Positions 28,601 to 43,551 of a stretch of DNA of 64,000 bases are shown here, piece by piece; positions within the stretch are counted from its first letter, which is position 1, and each line of letters starts with the position of its first letter. The position numbers and the translations under genes were made by a program. The stretch spans positions 11,780,001 to 11,844,000 of the forward strand of contig NC_043009.1 in the NCBI RefSeq assembly GCF_006345805.1. Direction: 5' to 3'. This DNA comes from Octopus sinensis (taxonomy: Eukaryota). The notes below the pieces were generated by a model that saw only the letters and a program-made list of their open reading frames with translations, was not told the DNA's origin and searched no databases.

Positions 28601-31600
28601 TAAGCACAGGCTGTTTGATAAGAAGTTTGATAAGAAGTTTGATAAGCACAGGCTGTTTGATAAGTTTGATAAGCACAGGCTGTTTGATAAGAAGTTTGAT
28701 AAGAAGTTTGATAAGCACAGGCTGTTTGATAAGAAGTTTGATAAGAAGTTTGATAAGCACAGGCTGTTGATAAGAAGTTTGATAAGCACAGGCTTTTGAT
28801 AAGAAGTTTGATAAGCACAGGCTGTTTGATAAGCACAGGCTGTTTGATAAGAAGTTTGATAAGCACAGGCTGTTTGATAAGAAGTTTGATAAGCACAGGC
28901 TGTTTGATAAGAAGTTTTGATAACACAGGCTGTTTGATAAGAAGTTTGATAAGCACAGGCTGTTTGATAAGAAGTTTGATAAGCACAGGCTGTTTGATAA
29001 GAAGTTTGATAAGCACAGGCTGTTTGATAAGAAGTTTGATAAGCACAGCTGTTTTATAAGAAGTTTGATAAGCACAGGCTGTTTGATAAGAAGTTTGATA
29101 AGAAGTTTGATAAGCACAGGCTGTTTGATAAGAAGTTTGATAAGCACAGGCTGTTTGATAAGAAGTTTGATAAGAAGTTTGATAAGCACAGGCTGTTTGA
29201 TAAGAAGTTTGATAAGCACAGGCTGTTTGATAAGAAGTTTGATAAGCACAGGCTGTTTGATAAGAAGTTTGATAAGCACAGGCTGTTTGATAAGAAGTTT
29301 GATAAGCACAGGCTGTTTGATAAGAAGTTTGATAAGAAGTTTGATAAGCACAGGCTGTTTGATAAGAAGTTTGATAAGCACAGGCTGTTTGATAAGAAGT
29401 TTGATAAGCACAGGCTGTTTGATAAGAAGTTTGATAAGCACAGGCTGTTTGATAAGAAGTTTGATAAGCACAGGCTGTTTGATAAGAAGTTTGATAAGCA
29501 CAGGCTGTTTGATAAGAAGTTTGATAAGAAGTTTGATAAGCACAGGCTGTTTGATAAGAAGTTTGATAAGCACAGGCTGTTTGATAAGAAGTTTGATAAG
29601 CACAGGCTGTTTGATAAGAAGTTTGATAAGCACAGGCTGTTTGATAAGAAGTTTGATAAGCACAGGCTGTTTGATAAGAAGTTTGATAAGAAGTTTGATA
29701 AGCACAGGCTGTTTGATAAGCACAGGCTGTTTGATAAGAAGTTTGATAAGAAGTTTGATAAGCACAGGCTGTTTGATAAGAAGTTTGATAAGCACAGGCT
29801 GTTTGATAAGAAGTTTGATAAGCACAGGCTGTTTGATAAGAAGTTTGATAAGCACAGGCTGTTTGATAAGAAGTTTGATAAGAAGTTTGATAAGCACAGG
29901 CTGTTTGATAAGAGTTTGATAAGCACAGGCTGTTTGATAAGAAGTTTGATAAGAAGTTTGATAAGCACAGGCTGTTTGATAAGAAGTTTGATAAGAAGTT
30001 TGATAAGCACAGGCTGTTTGATAAGAAGTTTGATAAGCACAGGCTGTTTGATAAGAAGTTTGATAAGCACAGGCTGTTTGATAAGAAGTTTGATAAGAAG
30101 TTTGATAAGCACAGGCTATTTGATAAGAAGTTTGATAAGAAGTTTGATAAGCACAGGCTGTTTGATAAGAAGTTTGATAAGCACAGGCTGTTTGATAAGA
30201 AGTTTGATAAGCACAGGCTGTTTGATAAGAAGTTTGATAAGCACAGGCTGTTTGATAAGAAGTTTGATAAGAAGTTTGATAAGCACAGGCTGTTTGATAA
30301 GAAGTTTGATAAGCACAGGCTGTTTGATAAGCACAGGCTGTTTGATAAGAAGTTTGATAAGCACAGGCTGTTTGATAAGAAGTTTGATAAGAAGTTTGAT
30401 AAGCACAGGCTGTTTGATAAGAAGTTTGATAAGAAGTTTGATAAGCACAGGCTGTTTGATAAGAAGTTTGATAAGCACAGGCTGTTTGATAAGAAGTTTG
30501 ATAAGCACAGGCTGTTTGATAAGAAGTTTGATAAGCACAGGCTGTTTGATAAGAAGTTTGATAAGAAGTTTGATAAGCACAGGCTGTTTGATAAGAAGTT
30601 TGATAAGCACAGGCTGTTTGATAAGAAGTTTGATAAGAAGTTTGATAAGCACAGGCTGTTTGATAAGAAGTTTGATAAGCACAGGCTGTTTGATAAGAAG
30701 TTTGATAAGCACAGGCTGTTTGATAAGAAGTTTGATAAGCACAGGCTGTTTGATAAGAAGTTTGATAAGCACAGGCTGTTTGATAAGAAGTTTGATAAGA
30801 AGTTTGATAAGCACAGGCTGTTTGATAAGAAGTTTGATAAGAAGTTTGATAAGCACAGGCTGTTTGATAAGAAGTTTGATAAGAAGTTTGATAAGAAGTT
30901 TGATAAGCACAGGCTGTTTGATAAGAAGTTTGATAAGAAGTTTGATAAGCACAGGCTGTTTGATAAGAAGTTTGATAAGCACAGGCTGTTTGATAAGAAG
31001 TTTGATAAGCACAGGCTGTTTGATAAGAAGTTTGATAAGCACAGGCTGTTTGATAAGAAGTTTGATAAGCACAGCTGTTTGATAAGAAGTTTGATAAGAA
31101 GTTTGATAAGCACAGGCTGTTGATAAGAAGTTTGATAAGAAGTTTGATAAGAAGTTTGATAAGCACAGGCTGTTTGATAAGAAGTTTGATAAGAAGTTTG
31201 ATAAGCACAGGCTGTTTGATAAGAAGTTTGATAAGAAGTTTGATAAGAAGTTTGCTTCCCAAGCATATGGTTGGGTTCAGTCTTTCTTGGGCAAGCATCT
31301 TCTACTATTGGGCTGTAGTAGCCATGTGAATGGATTTGGTCGACGGAAGCTGAGAGAAACCGGTGTGTTTGTGTTTTACTGTCTTCTTACCTTGACATCC
31401 ACATGATAGTTATGAGTGGCACCATCAGCTAGGAGGGTCCTTTATTTCTCAACTCCCATGAAAACATGTTTAATCATGTGGAAATATTAACTTACTTGGT
31501 GAAAAAAAAAAGAACAAATGAGGGCTGGTGGCATGAAGAACATCGGGCCATTGAGAATCTACTTCTACAAATCACATCTAACCCATGCAACCATTGGAAA

Positions 31601-34600
31601 GTGGATGTTAAAACAATGATGTTGATGACACTTTTTTTTTTGCTAAGTCAACCAAACTGAAGCAAGCAGAGTTGTCTCTCTTGTGTAGCAATGCAACACA
31701 ATGGCAATTATAGGTGAGAAAAACAAGCTGAACCTTCATCAGATGTTTATTAATAGGAATTATTATTTATTATGGCCAGATTCCAAAAAATCGAAATCGA
31801 TCAACATCAATGGAAATAATAGCTGTGATACCAGTGCCAGTGGCACATACGAGAACCATCCGAACGTGGCCCTTGCCAGCGCCACCCCGACTGGCCTCCG
31901 TGCCAGTGGCACGTAAAAAGCACAATCCAATTGTGGCCGTTGCCAGCCTCGTCTGGCCTCCGTGCCGGTGGCACATTAAAAGCACCATCCGATCGTGGCC
32001 GTTTGCCAGCCTCGTTTGGCACCTGTGCCGCTGGCACGTAAAAAGCACCCACTACACTTATGGAGTGGTTGGTGTTAAGAAGGGCATCCAGCTGTAGAAA
32101 CACTGCCAGATCAGACTGGGCTTGGTGCAGCCTTCTGGCTTCCCAGACCTCAGTTGAACCATCCAACCCATGCTAGCATGGAAAGCAGACGTTAAACGAT
32201 GATGATGAGATTCCATCGGTTGTCAAGCGATGTTGGTGGGACAAACACAGACACACACACACACACACATATTTACGATAGGCTTCTTTCAGTTTCCGTC
32301 TACCAAATCCACTTACAAGGCTTTGGTCGGCCCAAGGCTGTAGTAGAAGACACTCGCGCAAGGTGCCACGCAGTGGGACTGAACCCAGAACCATGTGGTT
32401 CGTAAGCAAGCCACTTACCACACAGCCACTCCTGTGCCTAATTGTTGGTCCAATACTTTTGGTCTTTTAAGTGTGAATAAGTTTTTGCAGTTTGTCTGGT
32501 TAGTTACATTTATATGTAAAACACTAGTACCAAATCTAATTCCACTAATTGTTTTGTTTCCTTATAGCTGTGCCAAGCACATTCCCAGCTGAGCCAGTAT
32601 ATACAGAGATATCGCAACAAGTTAAAAGCGAAGAATTTAATGTACACCAACCAGATTCTGTTCCTGTTATCCAGATTTGTTGTATACATTGGAGGTTTGT
32701 AGTGGTTAGATTTTGTTTAATTGCTAAAAGATTCTGTGGTTTATTGGTTTGACATAAATTTAAACCATTATTGGTTGGTAGATTTTGAGAAAATATATAG
32801 AGAAAGAATTCCTGGGAATTGCTGTTTCAGGAGGAGAAGAATTGGAAAATTGTACTACAGCAATGAGAAGATTAAAATTTTTGAGGCTAATACTTACTGA
32901 TTTCAAAGGAGTAAAGGTTTCCGCAGAAAATGATACAGTTTAATACCATGGTTCTATCATTTTACTTAAAATATGAATGTTTCTTTTAAGGAAAATGCTC
33001 TTTCTTTTTTTTTTCTTTACTTTGCTACTATTTACATCATCATCATAATCAACATCATCGTCGTTTAACGTCCAATTTCCATGCTAGCATGGGTTGGATG
33101 ATTTGACTGAGGACTGGCGGACCAGATGGCTGCACAAGGCTCCAGTCTTGATCTGGCAGAGTTTCTACAGCTGGACGCCCTTCCTAATACCAACGACTCT
33201 GATATTGTAGTGGGTGCTTTTTACGTGCCACCGGCACCGGGGCCAGTCAGGTGGTACTTTTTAGATGCTGGAGTATGATTTGGTTACTATTTTCAGCTGG
33301 GCAAACAACTATGTTGCAGCTTCTTCATGAGTTTGTTTGGAACCCTATCGTATGTGTGTCATCATCATCATAATCATCATTTAACGTTCGCTTTCCATGC
33401 TAGCATGGGTTGGATGATTTGACTGAGGACTGGCAAACCAGATGGCTGCAACAGGCTCCAGTCTGATCTGGTAGAGTTTCTACAGCTGGATGCCCTTCCC
33501 AATGCCAACCACTCCGAGAGTAAAGTGGGTGTTTTTTACGTGCCACCGGCATGGGGGCCAGTCAGGAGGTACTGGCAAGTCCATGTATACTGATGACCTC
33601 TTTTTGTAGCAAAGAGTTCCCTTGAGGCAAACCTCATCTGAGCCCTTGATGAATTACTCTTCTTTTACAAACACAACCATCTACATGGCAACCCTGTGAA
33701 GATTCAAGCCTGATTATTCCATCTCTGGAATTGTGAAGCCAACCGACCTCTTTGGAACACCACTGGATTGGAAAAACACCATACTGATTGATGGTTTCTG
33801 TGACAACATCCTACAAAAACTGGTCAGCTCCAAATGGAGAACCACAGCACACGCATTAAACTCTACTGCTCTGGCCTCGAGCTATTCCACTGTGCATGAC
33901 CTGTCCAGGAAGGATCAACCAATGGTTAAAAACCTACCCAGCATTGAACAATACCTATTGCCTGATCACTTTTGTTTGTTCCTTCTCGAGCCATGCCGGG
34001 CTCATAAGGGCCGGTTTCCCCTGTTTTCTTTGGCGTATAGGTTCCCCACCTGGACGGGACGCCGGTCCATCGCAAGTGAGCTGCAAGATGCAGGAAGAAA
34101 GAGTTTGAGAAAGTTGTGGCAAAAGAGTCAGCAGAAGTTTCACCATTACCTTCTGCCGGAGCCACGTGGAGCTTAGGTGTTTCGCTCATAAACACACACA
34201 TTGCCCGGTCTGAGATTCGAACCCACGATCCCTCGACCGCAAGTCCGCTGCTCTAACCACTAGGCCTCCACCGCTTGATCACTGGTTGCACGAAACCCAC
34301 CAACCCAAGCAAGCTGCAGTGCCTTTGCTGATATCAGCCAAGAACTGACCATTCGAATTGAGATGACAAACCCTACCTGTGATGTTCACTTCCTCCATGA
34401 CCATCAACCCCTAATAATATTTTACACAGAAAGTAGATTCCAGTTTTAGATGGGAAAACTTGAGAATGACATAGGTTTCTCTTCTGCTGAAGTTCATCTT
34501 CCTGGCTCAGAGGTATCATGGATTTAGCGGAAGACACTCAGCCATTTGAGAATGAGGACTGGGTTATCAAAAGTTGTTTTGGTCTGATGGGGCTGCAAGA

Positions 34601-37600
34601 CTGGCCCAAAGACCTGTAAATGTGGAGAAGCAGACCATACTATGCAGTGCTACATTGTCTGGTCTCTACTACCCACCCCTTATTTCTTTATTGCCCACAA
34701 GGAGCTAAACGTAGAGGGGACAAACAAGGACAGACAAAGGGATTAAGTCAATTACATCAACCCCAGTGTGTAGCTGGTACTTAATTTATCGACCCCGAAA
34801 GGATGAAAGGCAAAGTTGACCTCAATGGAATTTGAACTCAGAACGTAACGGCAGACGAAATACCTATTTTTTTACTACCCACAAGGGGCTAAACACAGAG
34901 GGAACAAACAAGAACAGACAAAGGGATTAAGTCGATTACATCAACCCCAGTGCGTAACTGGTACTTAATTTATTGACCCCGAAAGGATGAAAGGCAAAGT
35001 CGACCACAGCGGAATTTGAACTCAGAATGTAATGGCAGACGAAATACCGCTAAGCATTTCCCTCCGTGTGCTGACGTTTCTGCCAGCTCACCGCCTTACC
35101 AACCCAACCCCTGCAACTCAAAAGACCTTTCAGAGTGTAATAAAGATGCAAAGAACTGTGTAAAGAAATAAGAAACAGCCATGTAACCACTATGTATCAA
35201 GGAATCAAAGGTTGTTGCTGAGAGCAGCATTGTTCATGCCAAAAGGTAAAAAAGAAATACTTTATATTAACTTAGGTATAACACACACACACAGAAATTA
35301 ACTTTGGTGTAATATATGTACACTCACTGAACAATATGAAAATTCATTAACAGTGCAGTCTGATTCAGAAACAAGAAATTGCAAATAATTAGCAGATTGA
35401 GGACCATTGATCTTGATATGAATGAAATAGTATTTATTAATTTATCCAAATTTGAATATAGTCATAGCGCTAGTAACTGATAAAATAACAGGTTCAAAAG
35501 AGCAAACTTCTGCCAAAAAATTAGCTGTTTGTAACCATTCATTGGATTTCAGAAAAGTAATTTCCTTGAGAAATAATGTTGCTGAAAGTTAAGAATAGCA
35601 AAAGGTTTGGCCTCTGCACCAACCTTAGCAGTGCTGTAGAAGTGTAATAGAAAGGCGATGAGCTGGCATAAACATTAGCACGCCGGGCGAAATGCTTAGC
35701 GGTATTTCGTCTGCCGCTGCGTTCTGAGTTCAAATTTCACTGAGGTTGACTTTGCCTTTCATCCTTTCGGGGTCAATTAAATAAGTACCAGTTACGCACT
35801 TGGGTCGATGTAATCGACTTAATCCCTTTGGCTGTTCTTGTTTGTCCCCTCTATGTTTAGCCCCTTGTGGGCAATAAAGAAATAAGAAACGTCAGTACGC
35901 CGGGCGAAATGCTTAGTGGTATTTTGTCTGCCGTTACGTTCTGAGTTCAAATTCCACCGAGGTCGACTTTGCCTTTCATCTTTTCGGGGTCGATTAGATA
36001 AGTACCAGTTACGCACTTGGGTCGATGTAATTGACTTAATCTGTTTGTCTGTCCTTGTTTGTCCCCTCTATGTTTAGCCCCTTGTGGGTAGTAAAGAAAT
36101 AAGAAGTGTAATAGAAAGAGAAGTTGTGAATACTAAAGTCATTGAGGATGATGACTTCAAAGAAGAGTAATGTGAGGTGCATGTCCCTGATGCAGAATGA
36201 GAGATAGTCAAACAGTTGCTGGTGGTTAAATGTATTTATTGAGCAATAAGGACAACAAATAAATTAGAGGAATGAAAAAAAAATAGAGATTTTGAGTAAG
36301 AATATCTTGAAGACTCTGTTTTTGTTATTTATTGAGAGAGTTAAGTAATAAGAGAGAGTGTATTTGACATATAGACCAGTGATTCCCTACAGGGGCACAC
36401 ATTCTACCGGTGGGGCATGGGATCCAATTTTTTTTTTTTTTTCCGGGACATGGAATTGTGAATATCATTTTTTTTTTCATTGCAAACATACTATACCACT
36501 GGTGGGGCATACATTTTTCTGCAAAGTTATAGTCCGGCCTGGAGGAAAATATGTTGGGGAACACTGATGTAGACACTATCTTTGATAGCAATATTTTAAT
36601 ACAAAATGTAGCCTGGATAACAAGGGTGAGCTATAGTCTTAGGATAGAGTTATATGTTTCAGAGAAGGATATGATGTGTAACCTTCATGCTTATAAGAAG
36701 TAATATGTGGGGTCCAACTTGGACAGAAGTCTGTAGTTATGTTACTAACTCCTGTCTTTTTTTACCTTTTTTTTAAGAAACATTTTGATTAGATGTCATC
36801 ATCATAAAATACACAAAAGATTTATTAGCCTAATTAAAGAAGGATTAAAACAGTTATTTGTAAGGAGAGGAGAATAACACAATAGAAAGTGAAAATAAAG
36901 AGCAAGAATATAATTTAATTATCATAAAATGCCAATATTACCATTTTAGTTAATATCTATAATTTTACCGTTTTTCAGGTGTTTTAGACACACCCTCTGA
37001 TTCTCAGCATTTGAAGAAAATTGGTAAGTTTGCTCAAATTCTTACTTTATGTTTAGCTGCATTTCTTCTGTTTTTTTATTTTTTTATTTTGAGTTCAAGT
37101 ACTACCAAAGCCAACTTTGCCTTTCATCCTTTTGGACTCAATAAAAAAAAGGACCAATTGATGTAATTAACCAACGCCCTACCCTAAAAATTGGTGACCC
37201 TGTGCCTGGAGTTGAATTTCTTTCCTTTTTCTTTTTCCAGAATCTAAAATTTTTACAATCAATGATTTCTTGTATGAAACCAAACTGGACAATATTAACT
37301 TATTTAAGATTCTACGATACTGTCAGAAAAGCCAGATTTCCAAAAAGGTAAGTGTAACCAAGTAGGAATAAAAATAAAATCATGTACTTTATTTTCCTTT
37401 TCGTGGGATCCCTATTAACCCTTTCGTTACTGTATTTATTTTGAGATGCTCTGTGTTTCTTTCAATTCCTTTAAATATAACAAATACTTTAGTAAAATAA
37501 CTTTGTTATCATTCAGCTAGTGTTAGGAACATAAATTGTGACTAAGGTTTGGTGGAAGATTTTAATTCAAAACTTATGAAAACAAGACATTTGTACTACA

Positions 37601-40600
37601 GAGCCAGAGCTGGTTTCAGCCGGGTTTGTAATGAAAGGGTTAAAATGGTTATACATCCTTGTATATACAGATCTTTTCCCTTTCAACAGCAGATCGAGAA
37701 ATTAATTTTTTTGTAACTAAGCATTTTCAAACTTCAGACACTGGTAGAATGTGTCTTATAAAACATCTTTTACTATTAGTGTTGTTGAGAAGTTATATTT
37801 TCAAAGTTATTCCATGTTAAAGTTGTCGTATTTTGGTAATTTCAACCAATCAATGACATGTATTCAGCTGAATAAAATTACTGTTATACTTCTGTATGTC
37901 TGTCTGAAGGCACATTGTGTAGCTCTTAGTACAGTTTCACAAATGCTGGGTAGTAAGATCAATATTCATTCCAGGCAGTGTGTGGTTTCGAGGTTCCTCA
38001 TTTCACAGTACTTTAGTGACAAACAGCTGGTAATGGGAGCCAACAGGAACTGACATGTTAATTTCTATGGAGTCTTATACTTTGAGTTATTTATTTGCCA
38101 GGCATAAGTTTTAGCCCTTAATGGGTCAGAGGACTTTAATGTATGTATGTATCAAAATAAGTATCAAATGGAAATTGTAGTTGTGATACTTGTGCCGTTG
38201 GCATGTAAAAAGCACCATCCGAACGTGGCCGATGCCAGCGCTGCCTTGAATGGCTTCTGTGCCGGTGGCACGTGACCTGCTGTGCTTGAGGAGACTTATT
38301 GAGTCAAGTACATCAACATCAAAATAATGCAATACCTGTACTGGTGGCACATACAAAACACCAACCGATCGTGGATGCTGCCAGCCTCTCCTGGCACTTG
38401 TGCCTGTGGCACATAAAAAGCACCCACTACACTCACAGAGTGGTTGACATTAGGAAGGGCATCCAGCTGTAGAAACACTGCCAGATCAGACTGGAGCCTG
38501 GTGCAGCCTCTTGGCTTCCCAGACCCCAGTCAAACTGTCCAACTCATGCTAGCATGGAAAGCAGACGTTAAACGATGATGATGATGATAACTGAAAGAGC
38601 AGTAAGTGTCTTAGGAAGGACATCAGTCTATTACATGTAACATTTACAGATGATCTGATACTTGTCCCCTGGCTGTATTTGAATTGGAACTCAACTGAAC
38701 TGAAGCAGAATAGTATAGAAGTGTCCTATACTGTGCTATGGAATGGAATAAGTGGGCACTGCTCTTCAGGCACTGGACATGTTGTTCCAGTTCTTTGGCA
38801 CTGGCTGTTTTGGTATTAGAAACAGATGAGCTGGCAGAAACGTTAGCACGCCGGGTGAAGTGCTTTGTGGTATTTTGTTTGTCTTTATGTTCTGAGTTCA
38901 AATTCCGCCGAGGTCGACTTTACCTTTCATCCTTTCGGAGGTCGATAAATTAAGTACCAGTTACGCACTGGGGTCGATGTAATCGACTTAATCCGTTTGT
39001 CTGTCCTTGTTTGTCCTCTCTGTGTTTAGCCCCTTGTGGGTAGTAGAGAAATAGGTATTAGAAACAGACACTCAAATACACACTAATTCAAACGCACACA
39101 CACACACACAGAAACAAATACTTAGATAAATGGCTGGATAGATTAAAAGAGAAAGAGACAGAGATTAAAAGGTATTTTAATCTGGTCATCAAATCTAAGT
39201 AGAGATTTCAAACTTAAAATCTTCAAAGCCATAGTCGAACCAATTCTACTATATGGCTCAGAAACCTGGACGTTATCAAAGAAGCTTGAGAGGCGGTTGG
39301 ATGGAACCTACACTCGCCTCCTTATGAGAGCTCAGAATATCTCGTGGAAGCGTCATCCAACCAAAGTACAAATATATAGGAAACTACCACCTGTATCATC
39401 TCTTGTGAAAGGTAGGAGAGTCCAGTTTGCTGGACATTGTTGTAGAGCTGAAAGCGAGGTAATTTCTACTTTTCTCCTCTGGAAGCCATCTGCTCGCGAT
39501 ACCAGAGGGCGCACACTCTCCTACCCTGATGTAATCTCCAGGGATACAGGCATCCAGCAACAGGACCTCCGTAATGCTATGATGGAGCGTGAAGTCTGGC
39601 GTAGCATGGTAAATTCCATTGTCTCGACCACGGTCGAACAATGATGATGTATTTACTGATTTCTTCACCTATATATACACACGCACACATAATCAGAGAC
39701 TATAATAAAATAGTTAAAATGGAGTTATCTCCCTTCGAATGACACAAAATACTTAGTGACTTTATGCTTTCGGCGAACCCTTATTGTTTAATTAAGAAAG
39801 CATTATCATTCAAAGAAAATATTACATCGCTTTTTTGTGTTTTGAAGATGCCATATTTTGGGGAGAAACACCAGGGCTCATCTTTCATTTCGTCATCTGT
39901 TGTGACAACCAACATAAGAATCTTTTTGAGTAAGTGATGGAGAAAAAAAAAAAGGAAAAACTTTTCATCCTATCAGGATCACTAATATAAGATACCTGTC
40001 AGTAAAGTACCTCGATCGATCTAATTTATAGCCATGTATTTATATTAAAAAATCGATATTACAAAATGCTTAAGCTGGCAGAATCATTAGCAGTATTTCA
40101 CCTGTCCTTATGTTCTGAGTTCAAATTCTGCTGAGGTCAACTTTACCTTTCATCATTTTGGAATTGATAAATTAAGTACCAATTGAGTACTGGAGCTGAT
40201 GCAATCATCTGGCCCTGCCCCCAAGCTTGCTGGCTTTGTACCAAAATTTGAAACTAGTGTTATATAATGCTTGGTTGGAACAGAATGAATTGCACATTTC
40301 TGCAGTTTTTAGTTCCTATCATAACCTCATTAATTAAGTTTTGTTTTGTATTGATTTTATAGTTGAATGGTTTTGTGGAAAAATACCAGCCATCTTCAGT
40401 AAAATATGGTAAGATGTCTATTTTAATTTTTTTTTTCTCATATTTTATATAAGATTATTGATGTTGTTATCATTACTGTAAGGTAATGAATTGGTTGTCT
40501 TATGAGAGTGTCCGGTAGAATGCTAAGATCAGTTTAATTGAATAACTTCTCACTCCAAATTTATGAACTTGTGGGTTGCTGGCAGACACGTTAGCGCGCT

Positions 40601-43506
40601 GGGCGAAATGCTTAGAAGTATTTCGTCTGTCGTTACGTTCTGAGTTCAAATTCCGCCGAAGTCGACTTTGCCTTTCATCCTTTCAGGGTCGATAAATAAA
40701 GTACCAGTTTTGCACTGGGGGCGATATAATCGACTCAATCCCTTCGTCTGTCCTTGTTTGTCCCCTCTATGTTTAGCCCCTGGGAAGGGGCTACACACCG
40801 GGAAGAAACAAGGACAGACACACAGATTAAGTCGATTACATCGACCCCAGTGCATAACTGGTACTTAATTTATCGACCCTGAAAGGATGAAAGGCAAAGT
40901 CGACCTCGGCGGAATTTGGACTCAGAACGTAACGGCAGACAAAATATGGCTACGCATTTCACCCGACGTGCTAACGTTTCTGCCAGGTCGCCGCCTAAAT
41001 TTATGAACTTGTGGTTATATTACAAATTATTATAACTCTCATAGATCGGTGTTGGACAAAATACCATGCAGTATTTTGAGATCAAATTCTGCTCAGGTCA
41101 GCATTGCCTTTCATTTTCCCAGGTCTTAATAAAATAAAGTACTGTCAAATATTAGAATTGATTTACTCAATGACTGAAACAAGTAAAAAATAAAAGAATG
41201 TTTCTAGCAATCTCTTTACATTCTTCAAAGGTTTTTAATCTTTTGTGTTATATAAAGTTTAAATCCAAAACTTATAGTACAACGTACACGTCTATGATGA
41301 CGGATTTAAAAGGTAGCGGACCCTGGAACACTGGATTTAAGAGGTTCAACCTGTATCATGAATGGCATTAATGGAAAAACACTGGATTAAATGTATTTAG
41401 TTGCATCTTTTTATGTCCTGAGTTTAAATCCATTCAGAAGCTACTTTACTCTTCAACCCTTCAGGGTTTATGAACTAAGAAGTACCAGTAATATACTGGT
41501 TCTTAATTCTGTTGACTACACCCTTCTTCTATGACTTTTTGTTCTTATGGTAATATAAGAAGTTGTGTTATTGTTGCTCTTGTTATTTCTCAGATTAGTA
41601 GAGGCGCAATGGCCCAGTGGTTAGGGCAGCAGACTCGCGGTCATAGGATCGCGGTCTCGATTCCCAGACCGGGTGTTGTGAGTGTTTATTGAGCGAAAAC
41701 ACCTAAAGCTCCACAAGGCTCCGGCAGGGGATGGTGGTGATCCCTGCTGTACTCTTTCACCACAACTTTCTCTCACTCTTACTTCCTGTTTCTGTTGTAC
41801 CTGTATTTCAAAGGGCCGGCCTTGTCACTCTCTGTGTCACGCTGAATATCCCCGAGAACTACGTTATGGATACACGTGTCTGTGGAGTGCTCAGCCACTT
41901 GCACGTTAATTTCACGAGCAGGCTGTTCCGTTGATTCGGATCAACCGGAACCCTCATCGTCATAACCAACGGAGTGCTTCCATTATTTCTCAGATTAGTC
42001 TCAACCCAGCAGATCTTTTATCAAGTTCATATCACTTGTGCCAATCTAGTCATATTTCTCACTTACAGTATCTCAAGACCACGCTGTCCAATGTATCTTT
42101 CCTTTTTAGATGCTAGAGTATGATTTGGTTACACCCCTGGCATAGTCCACGATGTTATGGTCTTACTTGGCCTGCCGGGTCTTCTGTGTGTGTGTATATA
42201 TGTATACATAATAGAGGAAATTGAAAACGCAAATCCTAGGCAGTCAAACAGATTCCCGAATACATAAATGAAGATATTCAATCAATGTAATTGAATCATA
42301 TATATTGATACACATAAAAATAAATCATGCATGTACAGGTGTAAAGATTCTCCAATGGTGTAAAGAATAAAACCAATATACATAAAAATATAAAAGAAAT
42401 ATGAAAATAAAATTACATATAAAATTTCATATAAATAAAGATTACATGTAAAGAGTTATGCATGATAATTATAGGATGGGCAAAACGGATGAGAGGTTGA
42501 TAAATATAGGGGAAAAAATGCCAACCTTCAAAAATGGCAAAATGCCTAATCGTCTAAAAATTCCTGGCTGCACCAGGCTCCAATCTTGATTTAGCAGAGT
42601 TTCTACAGCTGGATGCCCTTCCTAACACCAACCACTCCAAGAGTGTAGTGGGTGCTTTTATGTGTCACCAGCAAGGAGGCCAGTCAGGCGGTACTGGCAC
42701 CGACCTTGCTCGAATCTTTTTACACATGCTACCAACACAGGTGCCAGTAAGGCAACATTGGTAACGATCACACTCGAATGGTGCCATTTTACGTGCCACC
42801 GGCATGGAAGCCAGTTCGCTGCTCTGGCAATGATCACACTCGGATGGTGCTCTTGGTACCCTACTAGCACAGGCACAAGTGCCAGTAAGGCGACGCTGGT
42901 AACGATCACACTCGAATGGTGCCTTTTGATAAGATAAATGCAATTGTAATGCTTGTAGTTGATTTAATTGACTCTTACCTCTCTTAATTTGTTGGAATTG
43001 TGTTTATTCGAGAAATAATTTTGGTGGGTAAGAAAATGCTTATTTTTACATGGTTGAATTTTAATTTGGAACTTTTTCTTCTAATAGTACCTCTTTCTGT
43101 GAAAAAACCCGAGAATAGTCGTTCTGGTATTAGTCAGTTTTTGGAGCAGTTAAGCGACAAACAGAATTCTTGCAAGAATACTCCTAATAAAGGTAAGGAA
43201 TTTAATTGTAATTGCTTGTGTGGTAAATAACTTGATCTTTGAACATGTATTATAATTATCATCGTTACCATCATCATCATCATCATCATTTAGCTTCCGT
43301 ATTCCTTGCTGGACAGTTTAGCTTTCATATTCCATGTTGAACTGTTTGACTAGATGTAGCAGGATTTTTTACATGCCATCGGCATGGAGGCCAGCTTGTT
43401 GCTCCGGCAACGATCACATACATATGGTACTCTTAGCACTCCACTAGCATGGATGCCAGTCATCGAAATTGATTTCAATTTCACTTGCCTCGACAGGTCT
43501 TATATA

Positions 43507-43551
<45 letters not shown>

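Noticed and set aside
27957-31254. CRISPR-like array
   Set aside because: No unique spacers, only two recurring units; eukaryotic context with no cas genes
27863-31329. Very long ORFs (up to 1129 aa) in several frames
   Set aside because: They arise from 12- and 18-bp units (multiples of 3) lacking stops; low-complexity peptides inside an intron
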